DNA of 64,000 nt from Tubulanus polymorphus (Eukaryota; Animalia; Nemertea): the NCBI RefSeq assembly GCF_964204645.1, contig NC_134025.1, positions 12,338,001 through 12,402,000 on the forward strand, written 5' to 3'. Position 1 is the first letter of the stretch; the number at the start of each line of letters is the position of its first letter. A model generated the notes under the pieces. It searched no databases. It had not been told where the DNA came from and worked only from the letters and a program-made list of their open reading frames with translations. Of this stretch, positions 11,104 to 21,527 are shown piece after piece. The translations under genes were made by a program, and so were the position numbers.

Positions 11104-13953
11104 CTAACTGGCCTGAACATCCCTTATATAAAATGACGTGAATGTCGATGGAGAATTCCAAAAGGCGGCCCGACAGACTTCCTCCAACGGAGCACCCGAA
11201 AAGGCTGCGCAGGAAGTAGCCATAGACCTCACTTGATGAGAAACAACTCCCTCCGAGGAAAGATTCTCCTTCAATAAAATGTCCTTGATCAGTGAAGAGA
11301 CCCATCGGGCCACTGTGTCCCGTGAAATATCACCCTTTAGGTGATCCAGAAGTGGAATAAATAACCGCTCCCGTGAACCCCTCCGTGAAGCAGAGCGATC
11401 TAAATAGAAACACAACGCCCGCACAGGACATAAAGTCCTGTCCGGGATGCCCGGTTCCACTCGATGTTTTAGGGCTTCAATTCGCCATTGACGCCCAACT
11501 GAGCCTGGTCGTTGGTTCTTTGCCAAAAATTCCAAAGCAGGCCGCAGCGAAACAAATTCCTTCACTGGCCCAAAGACAATATGACTTTGTCGGACTGAAA
11601 GCGCATGAATCTCAGAGCGACGGGCCGAGCAAGCCAAGAACAGCAAAAACACAGTCTTTTTTGACAAATTTGCAAATGACGCTGCCGAAAGAGGTTCAAA
11701 TGGAGCCTCCATTAACTTTTTCAAAATTACAGACAGATCCCATGGAACTGTCCTTGGTACCCGAGGCCGGGAAATAGAAAACCCTGCAACCAGCTGGGAT
11801 ATCCGATGATCCCCTGCTACATTTGGCCATCCAGAAGCACGCAATGTATGAGAAATCGCGGAGCGGTAACCTTTAATAGTTATGACCTGCAAACCTTTTA
11901 CTACAAATAGGTGCAGTAAAAAATCTGCCAATTGAGCTACAGAGGGTGAGCATGGATCAATTTCCCCTGCAGCACACCAATCCGCAAAATGACTCCATTT
12001 GGCATCGTAAATGGTACTTGTTGATGCCCGCTTAGATCCTGCGATAAAGGAGGCAGCCTGTTCTGAAAAGCCTGAAGCTGACAAGGATCGCTGGACAATG
12101 GCCAGGCGAGCAGATTTAACCACTGGCTGTTTGGATGATGCCGAAAGTTCCCCTGAGACAGAAGCAATGGGAAATTCGGAAGAATCCTGGGGTTGTCGCA
12201 CAGTAGGTTGAGAAGTGGTAGGAACCATTTCTGAGCCGGCCAACATGGTGCTACCAGAACTATGTTGCAATTGACTGATCTCTCTATATGATCCAGTAAG
12301 CGCGGCAGGACTGGTGTGGGCGGGAACGCATACGCATGCATCCCCGACCAGTCCAGAAAGAAGGCATCGACCCCCCACGCTTCCGCGTCTAGAAACGGGG
12401 ACACAAACAGAGGACACCTCCGATTGAACCGGGTGGCAAACAGATCCAGCAGCGGATTGCCGAACATGCCCCGAACCCGATCGGCTACTTCTTGGTGGAG
12501 AACCCATTCTGTCGCAATAGCCTGACCTCGACGAGACAGAGCATCGGCCATCACGTTCCTTTTCCCTGCTAAATGTGCCACAGTCAGGGACACGCCCTTT
12601 GTCTGGCACCAAAGAAGAATTTTGGCCGACAGACCTGTGAGGGTTTCTGAGTGAGTGCCCCCTTGGTTCTGAAGGTAAGCCCTCACTGTTGAATTGTCTG
12701 TGGCTAACCAAACGTGGTGGCCCTCCACTCTCCTGTGAAAGAACTTCAGGGCCTTCCACACGGCCAGCATTTCTAGGAAATTTATGTGGTTGGTGGCCTC
12801 GTAGCGAGACCATCTCCCGGCTTTGACTCGGTTCTCCAGATGTCCCCTCCATCCTTGGTGACTGGCATCCGTGAATACACGAACTGGAGCCTCTAACGGG
12901 GCAAGTGACCCCCCGAGCCGAAGATTTGTAGTTGCCGCCCACCACTGAAGATCCGGACTTAGATCGGTTGGAGGTACGGGAATCAAGGCCTTCCAGTTGC
13001 CCTTCGACTGAGACCAGAAGACCTTCCAATATTGTTGCAAGCGCCTGCTTCTGAGGCGGCCTAAGGGCACCACCAGACCCATGGAGCTGATGGAGCCTAG
13101 AAGCCGTGGCCAGTAACGAGCTGTTCTCGGGGTTGTGGACACTCCCGCTACAGCTTCTTGAAGTTTGGCTACTCGAGCCATAGACGGAAATACTTTGCCG
13201 ATTCGAAGATCGAAGTCCATGCCGAGATAAGTGAACTGTTGGGCCGGCGTCAACTGAGATTTTTCCCTGTTTACGCGGAACCCTAGCTGATGGACTAAGT
13301 CCAAGACTGAGGTCATTGCCTCCCGACATTCCTGAGCTGAATTCGCGACTATTAACCAGTCGTCGAGGTAAACGAACAGTCGAACACCCCTTGACTGAAG
13401 TACCTTCTGAACTGACTTGACCAACTTGGTGAAAACCCACGGGGCCGTACTGAGGCCAAATGGAAGAGACCTGAATTGGAACTGGCGGCCTTTCCACTTT
13501 ATCCTGAGAAATCGCCGAGATTTTGGGTGAATTGGAACCTGAAAGTAAGCATCTTTCAGGTCCAACGAAGCCGCCCATTGACCCGGATAGAGCCCTTGAA
13601 TCACGTCCTTGGGCTTGGTCATCCGGAACCTTGGAATGTCTAGGTGCCGATTGAGGGATGACAGATCTATCACTGTCCGTTGACCCCCTGTGGCCTTTGG
13701 TACCATGAATATTCGGGAAAACCAGCCGGGAGACGTTTCGTTGCAAACTGGTTCTATTGCTCCCTTCTCGGCCAATTCCTTGAGAGCCGGAGAGATTATG
13801 GTCTCCTGACCTGGTTTTGGCCCCATGTCGGGAGGTGACCTCATCAGGCGCGGTCGCCTTAGGAAACGGAGACGGTAGCCACAAGAGACGACCCGGGAGT
13901 GCCAACCGTCTCCGAAAAGGTCGGACCAGTGGGTTGCTGCCTGCTGCAGACAA
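11104..13953 (-). CDS. DIRS copy 1 tyrosine recombinase frame (long N-terminal part overlaps pol); C-terminus truncated by a 1-nt deletion
   Basis: Catalytic-type motifs SARRSE, HQVRS, AFW, FTSFY. Ends FYIRDVQAS* versus FYLRDVSGQLGS... in copies 2 and 3 (CTGAACATC vs CTGAAACATC). Confidence 0.85.
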   Translation of the reverse strand: MSAAGSNPLVRPFRRRLALPGRLLWLPSPFPKATAPDEVTSRHGAKTRSGDHNLSGSQGIGREGSNRTSLQRNVSRLVFPNIHGTKGHRGSTDSDRSVIPQSAPRHSKVPDDQAQGRDSRALSGSMGGFVGPERCLLSGSNSPKISAISQDKVERPPVPIQVSSIWPQYGPVGFHQVGQVSSEGTSVKGCSTVRLPRRLVNSREFSSGMSGGNDLSLGLSPSARVPRKQGKISVDAGPTVHLSRHGLRSSNRQSISVYGSSSQTSRSCSGSVHNPENSSLLATASRLHQLHGSGGALRPPQKQALATILEGLLVSVEGQLEGLDSRTSNRSKSGSSVVGGNYKSSARGVTCPVRGSSSCIHGCQSPRMEGTSGEPSQSREMVSLRGHQPHKFPRNAGRVEGPEVLSQESGGPPRLVSHRQFNSEGLPSEPRGHSLRNPHRSVGQNSSLVPDKGRVPDCGTFSREKERDGRCSVSSRSGYCDRMGSPPRSSRSGSGHVRQSAAGSVCHPVQSEVSSVCVPVSRRGSVGGRCLLSGLVGDACVCVPAHTSPAALTGSYREISQLQHSSGSTMLAGSEMVPTTSQPTVRQPQDSSEFPIASVSGELSASSKQPVVKSARLAIVQRSLSASGFSEQAASFIAGSKRASTSTIYDAKWSHFADWCAAGEIDPCSPSVAQLADFLLHLFVVKGLQVITIKGYRSAISHTLRASGWPNVAGDHRISQLVAGFSISRPRVPRTVPWDLSVILKKLMEAPFEPLSAASFANLSKKTVFLLFLACSARRSEIHALSVRQSHIVFGPVKEFVSLRPALEFLAKNQRPGSVGRQWRIEALKHRVEPGIPDRTLCPVRALCFYLDRSASRRGSRERLFIPLLDHLKGDISRDTVARWVSSLIKDILLKENLSSEGVVSHQVRSMATSCAAFSGAPLEEVCRAAFWNSPSTFTSFYIRDVQAS

Positions 13954-14108
13954 CCTCCCACTGGTCCCAAGAATTCATTTTGAGTTTTTCCGAAAGGAAG
14001 AGCCCCTTTTTGGAGCTTTCCCCTTGCCTCGATACGAACCGGAACTGGTACGACCGGACGAGGCTTGACACGATTGTTGTAGTTGCGCACTAGTTCTCCA
14101 ACCGGCAT
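11937..14108 (-). CDS. DIRS copy 1 pol: reverse transcriptase, RNase H and methyltransferase-like domain (intact frame)
   Basis: LDLKDAYFQ, LPFGL, YLDDWL; RNase H FTDAS, LEM, ATDN, ADALSR; MT-like DLFAT...YAFPP...VLVAPCW. Confidence 0.92.
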   Translation of the reverse strand: MPVGELVRNYNNRVKPRPVVPVPVRIEARGKLQKGALPFGKTQNEFLGPVGGCLQQAATHWSDLFGDGWHSRVVSCGYRLRFLRRPRLMRSPPDMGPKPGQETIISPALKELAEKGAIEPVCNETSPGWFSRIFMVPKATGGQRTVIDLSSLNRHLDIPRFRMTKPKDVIQGLYPGQWAASLDLKDAYFQVPIHPKSRRFLRIKWKGRQFQFRSLPFGLSTAPWVFTKLVKSVQKVLQSRGVRLFVYLDDWLIVANSAQECREAMTSVLDLVHQLGFRVNREKSQLTPAQQFTYLGMDFDLRIGKVFPSMARVAKLQEAVAGVSTTPRTARYWPRLLGSISSMGLVVPLGRLRSRRLQQYWKVFWSQSKGNWKALIPVPPTDLSPDLQWWAATTNLRLGGSLAPLEAPVRVFTDASHQGWRGHLENRVKAGRWSRYEATNHINFLEMLAVWKALKFFHRRVEGHHVWLATDNSTVRAYLQNQGGTHSETLTGLSAKILLWCQTKGVSLTVAHLAGKRNVMADALSRRGQAIATEWVLHQEVADRVRGMFGNPLLDLFATRFNRRCPLFVSPFLDAEAWGVDAFFLDWSGMHAYAFPPTPVLPRLLDHIERSVNCNIVLVAPCWPAQKWFLPLLNLLCDNPRILPNFPLLLSQGNFRHHPNSQWLNLLAWPLSSDPCQLQAFQNRLPPLSQDLSGHQQVPFTMPNGVILRIGVLQGKLIHAHPL

Positions 14109-16181
14109 CCGAAGCCGCCTGAGAAAGCGCTGAAGTTTGAGATGGTCCTGTTTGCGTCCGTGCCGAACCTTGCGCCGCCGGCGTCAGACCAGAACGCTTT
14201 TTCCACGGAGTTCGGGGGTTGGACTTGGCCTGAACCTCCCGTATCTTCCTCAGCTCTGCGGAAACCGGAGCGCACCAACCGGAGAAGAGACGTGAAGACG
14301 TCCCCAATGAGGCTCTCAGCAAAGCATTGGACACCATATCCGGTAGACGAGTTTTGGAACTGGAGTCCATCACTGACTGACGGGAGGCTAACACAAGATT
14401 AGCCTGACCCCGAACCGACAACGGAATTACATGCGAAACAGACCGAGCCAAAGATTGGATAATCCGGTCCATTCCCTCCAGTTTTAGGGCAACTGACTCT
14501 GGGTCGGAGCCCGCATGAACGGCGGCGTGAGTCTCGCGAAGCTCACCCGTCAACACCTTAAGTGCCATATCTTGAAACGAACCAACCCTGGTAAGATTGT
14601 CCAGGATTGACGTCATGGCCACCAAACCGGACTTAGGCAAACGAATACCCGACTGTGCTGTAACAGTATCCGGGCTGATCAAAGTATAATCAGCATCCAG
14701 GCAGTTATGACTGTGATCCACAGCACCTGGAGTTGCGTAATACGCCGAGCGAAATGCGCCTATAGGTGGATCGGTTGAACTAAAATATTTCCCAGATTTC
14801 ATTCCCCGTTCTGGAGGGGGAAATGAAAATGTTCCAGGCCGACATTCACCCCATAATTGCGTATCCAATCGAGCCCATTCTCTCGAAACCGCTGACGATT
14901 CCCGTAAAACGTTAAGATCGGAGTCCGGAGGGCGATAAGCTTCCATTGACTCACCGACCGGAGGAGCTGCTGTGGGCTTAGCGCGAGTTGCCCCGTGCTT
15001 GACAAAGAACTCACTTATCATCGCTCTAAATGGCATGTCCCCCGCTGGTTCGGATAAAACTGGACGGGACGGAGATACATTGCGAGCCAGGGAAGCCCCC
15101 ATCGTCTGGGGCAACCCACAATTGCTCGCGACAGGAACGACCCCAGAAGGAATTGCCGCTTCTGGGACCGGATCCTCATTGAAATCAGACCCTACCGCAG
15201 CATCCAGGAATTCAGAGTCAGAATTCCGAAGAACTGAGTGGGCTGGCGAACTTCTAACCGGACAATCAGGAATAGGCTTACCTGTTGTAGAGGTTGCAGC
15301 GACTTGTTGCGACGAAGATAACAAGTTTAAAATTTTCTCTTCAAATACATGGAAATCCTTCTGAGTCAGGTATTTTCCAGTATCCCGACGATCATGCCGA
15401 CTTCGGTGACGGTCCCTCGAACGGGATCGAGACCTACTAGAAGAATCGCTTTCACCGCTAACCGCTGTCGACGAACGATGAGAAGACCGATGGCGAAACT
15501 TCCGACATTAACGATCGTAGTCCCTCTCGCGATCAAACCTTGATCTGCGAGAAGGAGATCTTGCTCGTTTATTACGCTCACGGCGTCTAAATCTAGTGGG
15601 AGAGCGAGCTCTATCCCCGGAGCGACGATCAGAAGCAGATGATGAACGTACCGGATGTTTTGAACCGGACGACGTCTGGACTGGACCGGTGCCCGAACCG
15701 GACCGATGCCCGACCAGGACCGGTACCGACCGAACCGGTGCGGGCCGTTCCCGACTACCACGGCGTGCGCTCGGTTCCGAACATGTAGTCTGAACCGGCC
15801 GAACCGGTGAACGACCAGAGACCGGTGAATGACCAGAGACCGGTGCCGGTGAACCAGCGTTCCTCCCCGGTGAACGGAGTTGGGAAGCCGATCGTACCTG
15901 AACGACCGGCGACCGCTTTACGATAAGAAACAGGATTAGAAACGTCGGTTGGCACGTCGGCAGAAACCAACGAATCCCTGCTAACTCGACGACGATCTCT
16001 TAGTTTAAGAGCCTTATCGGCCCGAAAGCCAAAGGTCCTCGGACCACACCTCGCAAATCTTGCAAGGATTGCTCCTGCACATATTTGACCGGATTTGCGC
16101 CGAATCGTGGTTGTCCCAGGCGCCAAACAAATGCCCGCATCCCTCCCTGCCACGATGTTGACCCTTAGGAGGGGGTGGCAT
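13975..16181 (-). pseudogene. DIRS copy 1 gag-like ORF, frameshifted in its 5' part
   Basis: Homologous to the intact 55602-57851 ORF, but small deletions (e.g. near 16100 and 15915) break the frame; the C-terminal 449 codons remain open. Confidence 0.8.
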
Positions 16182-17942
16182 AATTATCCTGTTTCAAATC
16201 AAAACAATTCAATTCAATCAAATTATATTTGTAAATAAAATTCTTACGGAAAAATAGAAACCAGGGATAACCCCCAAACCGAACGGACTCACCGTTATGA
16301 GAGTGAAAACTCCCTAATATATTAATTCCCAGATTTTTACGGCGAAAAAACCCAACACGTTCTACTGCGAGAACGCCAAGAAAATAGATGGCCGATTTCG
16401 CCGGTAGCTAGATGCAATACCGCAGGGCCGGGTCGTATAGAAAAACCATTGGCGATCAATCCAAATTTAGAAAATATTGGCCAAAAACCATAGGAAAGGG
16501 TACAGTACTCGACGGAAATACCTCGAACCAGGCCCGAGCCTAATTTTAGCACCAGACAAATGATTGCGTTTGAATTGCAACTGGCACCGGAAATGAACCT
16601 TTTCGCTTTGAGCATTGTTGAGTATTGAGTGAATGGTTTGCGTGTGAACGCGTTTTCTAATTAGGCACGGGCCAAATCTTCTCCGTGTGATCGCAGCTAA
16701 TGTGAATGTACAGATTAGATGGACCAAAATTGTAATAATCAGGACTTATCATTTACCAGTTCTCAGGGTTTCCAGAGGTAAGGCCAGGGTAAAAAGAAGT
16801 ACTAAGAAGGACTTTTTCACTAATTTTAGGCCCAAAAGGAGGGACTTTTTGACTCGGAAAGATATACTTTTCAGTAAAATGAGGGCCCATAAGGGAGCAT
16901 CATCGCAATGCCTTAAATTGCCCGAATACTAGTCATGTAGACTGGTCATATATTTCAGGGTAATTCCATAACACTTGCCCGTAGATTTCATCTCACTGAT
17001 AATTGAATAATGAGGCCTGATTAATGAAATACTTGAACAACAGTCGAATTCGCGACAAAATTGCGCGCAAAAATACACAAAATTCAAATTTGGGAGGACT
17101 TTTTTATCTGAAGGACTTTAAGTCAAAAAGAAGGACAAAGATGATGTTTGTCCAAACTTTTTCCAAAAGGACTTGGAAGGACCGTTCGAAACCCCGAGTT
17201 CTGTACAGTAGACTAAAATCCAGATTGGATAGAGCCAAATCAGTTTATTGATCTAATCCGAATATCATTTACGGTATATAGATGTGCCGGTATGGAAAAC
17301 ATTATGATTAATTGCAATTCTTAATAAACCAAAAGAATTCTATTGGTCCCAGATGAAAGCCGGTTGGTGTATGTATTGACTATATTTTCTAGACAATAGT
17401 CATTTTTTTCCGAGGTAAGTAGGGGGATAATCTAGGTTCAAGTATGGATATGAGTAAAACTGAAAGGATACATTCCACCCTTTTTGGCAAAATCCCAAAA
17501 TTGTCAACTTCTCCATCTTCAGGTATGGACATTTTAGGTGGCTCTTCAGATGTTTGTTAGATAAAAAACAAGCTTTTGAAATACTTTGAGACAGATTCGT
17601 TTCGGGAAAAAATCTAAGAAATTGTTTCAAATGTATATAGGCTCTAATTGATGAGAGGGAAGAGGAAATATTTTTCATGATGTTGACATTTTCCAGAAAA
17701 ATCTCGGCAGCACTGCGCAAACAATAACCACCGGTAGAATGAATATAACATTGAATTAAAGATCTAATTTTGTGCAAATCATTCGATCAAAAATCAAGAT
17801 AGAAATATTAAGAAATATGAAAAAACACAACAGAGGATAAAAAAGATTCAAAATCATTTTTTCTAAATAAGACATTTTTTTGCAAATTCAGGGAGCAGGA
17901 TTTGGACACATCAAGTAAAAAAGAGAGCATTAAGAAACAAAC

Positions 17943-18049
17943 CAAGTGTAGATCTGTAGTTCATTTTTCGGTGTATTGCCTTTTCTGTACTCTCTCAGGT
18001 CATTGTGGTGGCCTGTATTGCAGAAAACTCGCAACAGCAGAGGACACGT
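17943..18049 (-). CDS. SAP18: SAP18 coding exon 2
   Basis: Not in the ORF track. Manual translation TCPLLLRVFCNTGHHNDLREYRKGNTPKNELQIYT(W); CAG acceptor at 18050-18052, GT donor at 17941-17942; 107 bp, phase 0 to 2. Confidence 0.95.
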
Positions 18050-19587
18050 CTGAATGGAAGAATAAAATAGATTATGGTAAAAGTACAATGTCTAATCTTG
18101 CCATAGATTAATGACCAAACCATGAGTTTGAAGTAATTGTTTCACAGGTACCTCGAAGATCCACGGTGCATGGGTAAAGGGGGAAGTGCAACGTTAACTA
18201 TCACACCATATGGCATGAGTAGCACTCAAACTTATGACGAGCACTCAGTATTTTCATTGAGGTAAACAGAAATAATGCTACTGGAAAAAAGCCACATTCA
18301 CAGAATTTTGCATCATAGGAAACTATAGGTCCAGGGATGCGATGCCCACTTGGGAAGTGGTTTCAAATGCTCAACAATCTCAACAATTTCAATATTCAAC
18401 ACCCCCTGGTGACCAAATACAAAAACCAATGACCTTGGAACTCACCACAATCATAGAACATGTCAGGAGCTACGATTTTGTAATTAATTGTGATGACAAA
18501 ATATGCCTCATAACCAATTTAATATGGGAATACTAAATTATTCTACTAATCAACACCCCCTGGTGACCATATGCAAAACCCAATGGCCTCGAAACTCACT
18601 ACAATCAAAGAACATGTCATGAGCTACAACTTTGTTATTGATCATGGTAACAAAATATGCCTAGGTACATATATAATAAGGAAATACTAAGTTATTATTA
18701 GGGTTTTCTGTTATTTCACAGAAAACCCTATTGATATCCGCGTGATTATTAGGGTTTTCTGTTTCTTCACAGAAAACCCTATTGAAATTCGCGTGATTAT
18801 TATTATTTTTTTTTCCCTTTTCCACATAGTTTTTGTTAAAAGTGTAAAGGCTTCCTTACCTTACCGCTGTCGCCGATACAATCCGTATGATGTCCTTCAG
18901 CTCACTTCAATCTCCAGATACTGCATGGGAATTTTGATAAATCCACGTTATAAAGGCACTGTCGAGCCGTAAACATCGGAAATTTGGCTCCGTTCAATTA
19001 GTAGCCATGTTGTGTTTTCTTACCGATATTTCTCTCTTCTTTTCGAGGAAGAGCTATCGAATAATTCTCTCTCTTCTCCACAATCAATTTCAAAGTCAAT
19101 TTTATGAATTTATTGCTCAGCGGGTCCGAGTCCAAGAGTTTACGAGTCTGGCGTTCGCGTGTCTGACAGGTTTACGGGCATTTGTTTGTTACCTCTTTAA
19201 TATTTTTGATTTCTTGTTATTCCGGTTATTTTATTTAAGTATATTGCTGATCAGTTCATGTAACCAAAAGCGTCAATAAACACACTTTGAATTGATCAAG
19301 TTTAAATCAAGGTCGTTGAGTCGCGGAAGGCTACTAGAATTACGTTCGTCTTCGTCTCAGAGAGAGAAAACGAAAGACAGAAAAGTATCAGGTGATTATC
19401 GATAGCCTACAACGGTACACACAGCTGACAAACAGTGTTAGGCCTGTGCCGGTTGGTGCGTACTGGGACTAAATATACTGGTTGGTCAGTTGGTTCGGTT
19501 GTGAAGTGTGGAAGCTAAGATTATAAGAAAGCCTACCGGTATTTATTTGTCTATAGGCCTATTATATAGAAGCCAATACCATTTTAA

Positions 19588-19926
19588 GTACGAAATTGTA
19601 ACGCGTACGTGACTGTACGGTGATATCCACAGGTTAACCGTACGTGAGTTCCCTTAACACGCTGTACGTGAGTTCCTATAATCTGCAAACGCGCATGCGT
19701 AAAAGAATAGAGTTTGGGTTAGGTGAGGCTAGGCTATTTGTAAATCAAATTTCATCCACCCACCAGTTACGTTCTGTGGCACAGTGGGTAAATCACTGGA
19801 CTACTACTGGATTTTTTTTTTCGTTTGGTTTCGAATCCCAATATTGCAAGTCTGAGCGTCAACGTACTCACATATGGCTAACCTGTAGAAATCCCCGTAC
19901 AGTCACGTACAGGTAACAACAGCGTT
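19588..19926. mobile_element. MITE with ~45-bp imperfect TIRs flanked by TTAA
   Basis: GTACGTGACTGTACGG...CCGTACAGTCACGTAC inverted pair; TTAA at 19584-19587 and 19927-19930. Confidence 0.6.
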
Positions 19927-20964
19927 TTAAGTATTAAGTGAGTACGACAAGCCTACCATGCCTATGTACTACAAACACAACTTTTTCCCTCTCATCGGCC
20001 CTACAGTGATGTTACTATAACTGGTGCCATTATAATATGGATAGGATTTGGTCAGGACTAGCCTAAAGTCTAATTCAGTCTATGTACTAATTCACTCGAT
20101 AGGCCTATTTTTAAAACAATACAGTGAAATATTCACACGCAGAAAGGCTAATTGATTTGAGCCATGTGATTAAGTTTGGCCAGGCCTTCTCTGACCTGCT
20201 GACATTAATAGTCAAACCAAAACATGCATGTGGTCACGGCTTGTATTACCAGAAATCATTGTAGGCCTGTACATTTTGCTGTTCGTAGGTTTGGTATACC
20301 GATTTCTCCATTCTTGACTGATAAGTGTACGGTACAGCTGTACACATTATATAATTGTTCCAATGGGAATAGGGCCTATTGATTGGGCTTATTATTTCCT
20401 GCTTTTTTCCTAGTACTGAAATAAACCTAATGTTCATTCAAATATCCGACATCGGTGAAAGTTTGATTAATACTGTATACATGTACTGTAGGTTTTCATG
20501 TTGTATGAATATTTTGCAGTTCAAATGGGTATGATGCTGATTCCAATGTCAAACGCATGAAGTTAGATGGTCAAGGACAGTCAACACCATATATCTCTCT
20601 TCGACCGATGTTGTACCATAGAAGATCTGATTCTTTCAACTCAAGGAAAGTGATTCAACACGATCGACATAACACTGGAATAGGTTTGCAGTAACTAACC
20701 GTTCATTTCATTTAGTCCTACGTACTTTTTAGCCAATTTGGATTTGATTGTAATTGAAACTCTGGAACTGTTAACAAAAGACAAGTTGAAAAAACACAAG
20801 TTATGCTTGATTCTCATGTTCAAATTTAATTCAAATTTATTTTATTACATCATATTTACAAAGCATATCATTGGTTCATACAGTAATAAAAATTAGGGCA
20901 GAACAAATATTATAACAGAAACTCCAAAAAGGCAATGAATTTCTATGACTAAATGAACATTATT

Positions 20965-21527
20965 TTTAGCCCACTAGGGACTTTAGTCCCAGCGGGCTAT
21001 TGCGTTCACTTTTCGTCTGTCGTCCGTCCGTCCGTAGACGGAAATCAGTTATTTTAGGAAGTTTTGAAGACGCTTCAATGTAATGTCTTGATATTTGGGT
21101 TTCACATGTATCTACCCTAGACACATCTTCAGCTCAAAAACTGGCCCTGTCAGAATTAAGATGGCCGACTGGCAGCCATTGTTGTTCGCCAAAATCAACA
21201 CTTTTTACACATTTTTGAACTTTTTGAGGGAAATTTTGAAGATGCTTTGATCAATTACCTTGATCTTTCGGATATATGTGAATGCCCCCTGGGCCCATTA
21301 GCATAACAAAAATTGGGATACGGACTCAAGATGGCCGTCCTATGACCTTTTTTAGTGCCCAAAAATGTCAATTTTGGCCCGAATTCTGAGTTTGCCATTT
21401 CTCATTGCAATTTGTGATGGGTATTCTTTGAAAAGGGATGTTTTATACCTTTGATACCTGAATTGTTAGATTGTTGAGCATTTGGAACCACTTCTCAAGT
21501 GGGCATGGTGGCCCTGGACCCCTAGTT
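20965..21527 (-). mobile_element. Complete short Helentron-like family A element
   Basis: TTTTAGCCCACTAGGGACTTTAGTCCC hairpin, (GTCC)n microsatellite, subterminal CAAGTGGGCAT, ends CCCTAGTT; no TSD. Confidence 0.8.

Larger units (their letters stand above)
9201..16520 (-). mobile_element. DIRS1-like tyrosine-recombinase retrotransposon, copy 1 (with a ~1.3 kb nested insertion)
   Basis: gag, RT-RNaseH-MT and YR ORFs; inverted terminal repeats (~9201-9325 and ~16380-16520); ICR at 9381-9478; no TSD. Confidence 0.95.
9114..16698. mobile_element. PIF/Harbinger-type MITE split by DIRS copy 1 (halves 9114-9200 and 16521-16698)
   Basis: TIR AGCTGCGATCACAC / GTGTGATCGCAGCT, 3-bp TSD AAT; the joined halves align with the uninterrupted relative at 51223-51544 (opposite strand). 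Confidence 0.85.

Noticed and set aside
11373-15793. Plus-strand ORFs within the DIRS copies (e.g. 11373-11777, 14972-15364 and equivalents)
   Set aside because: Antisense shadows of GC-rich coding sequence; recurrence only reflects copy identity.
16764-17196. hAT-like MITE (CAGGGTTTC...GAAACCCCG)
   Set aside because: Very short imperfect TIR and ambiguous TSD (6 bp exact or 8 bp with mismatch); not enough support.
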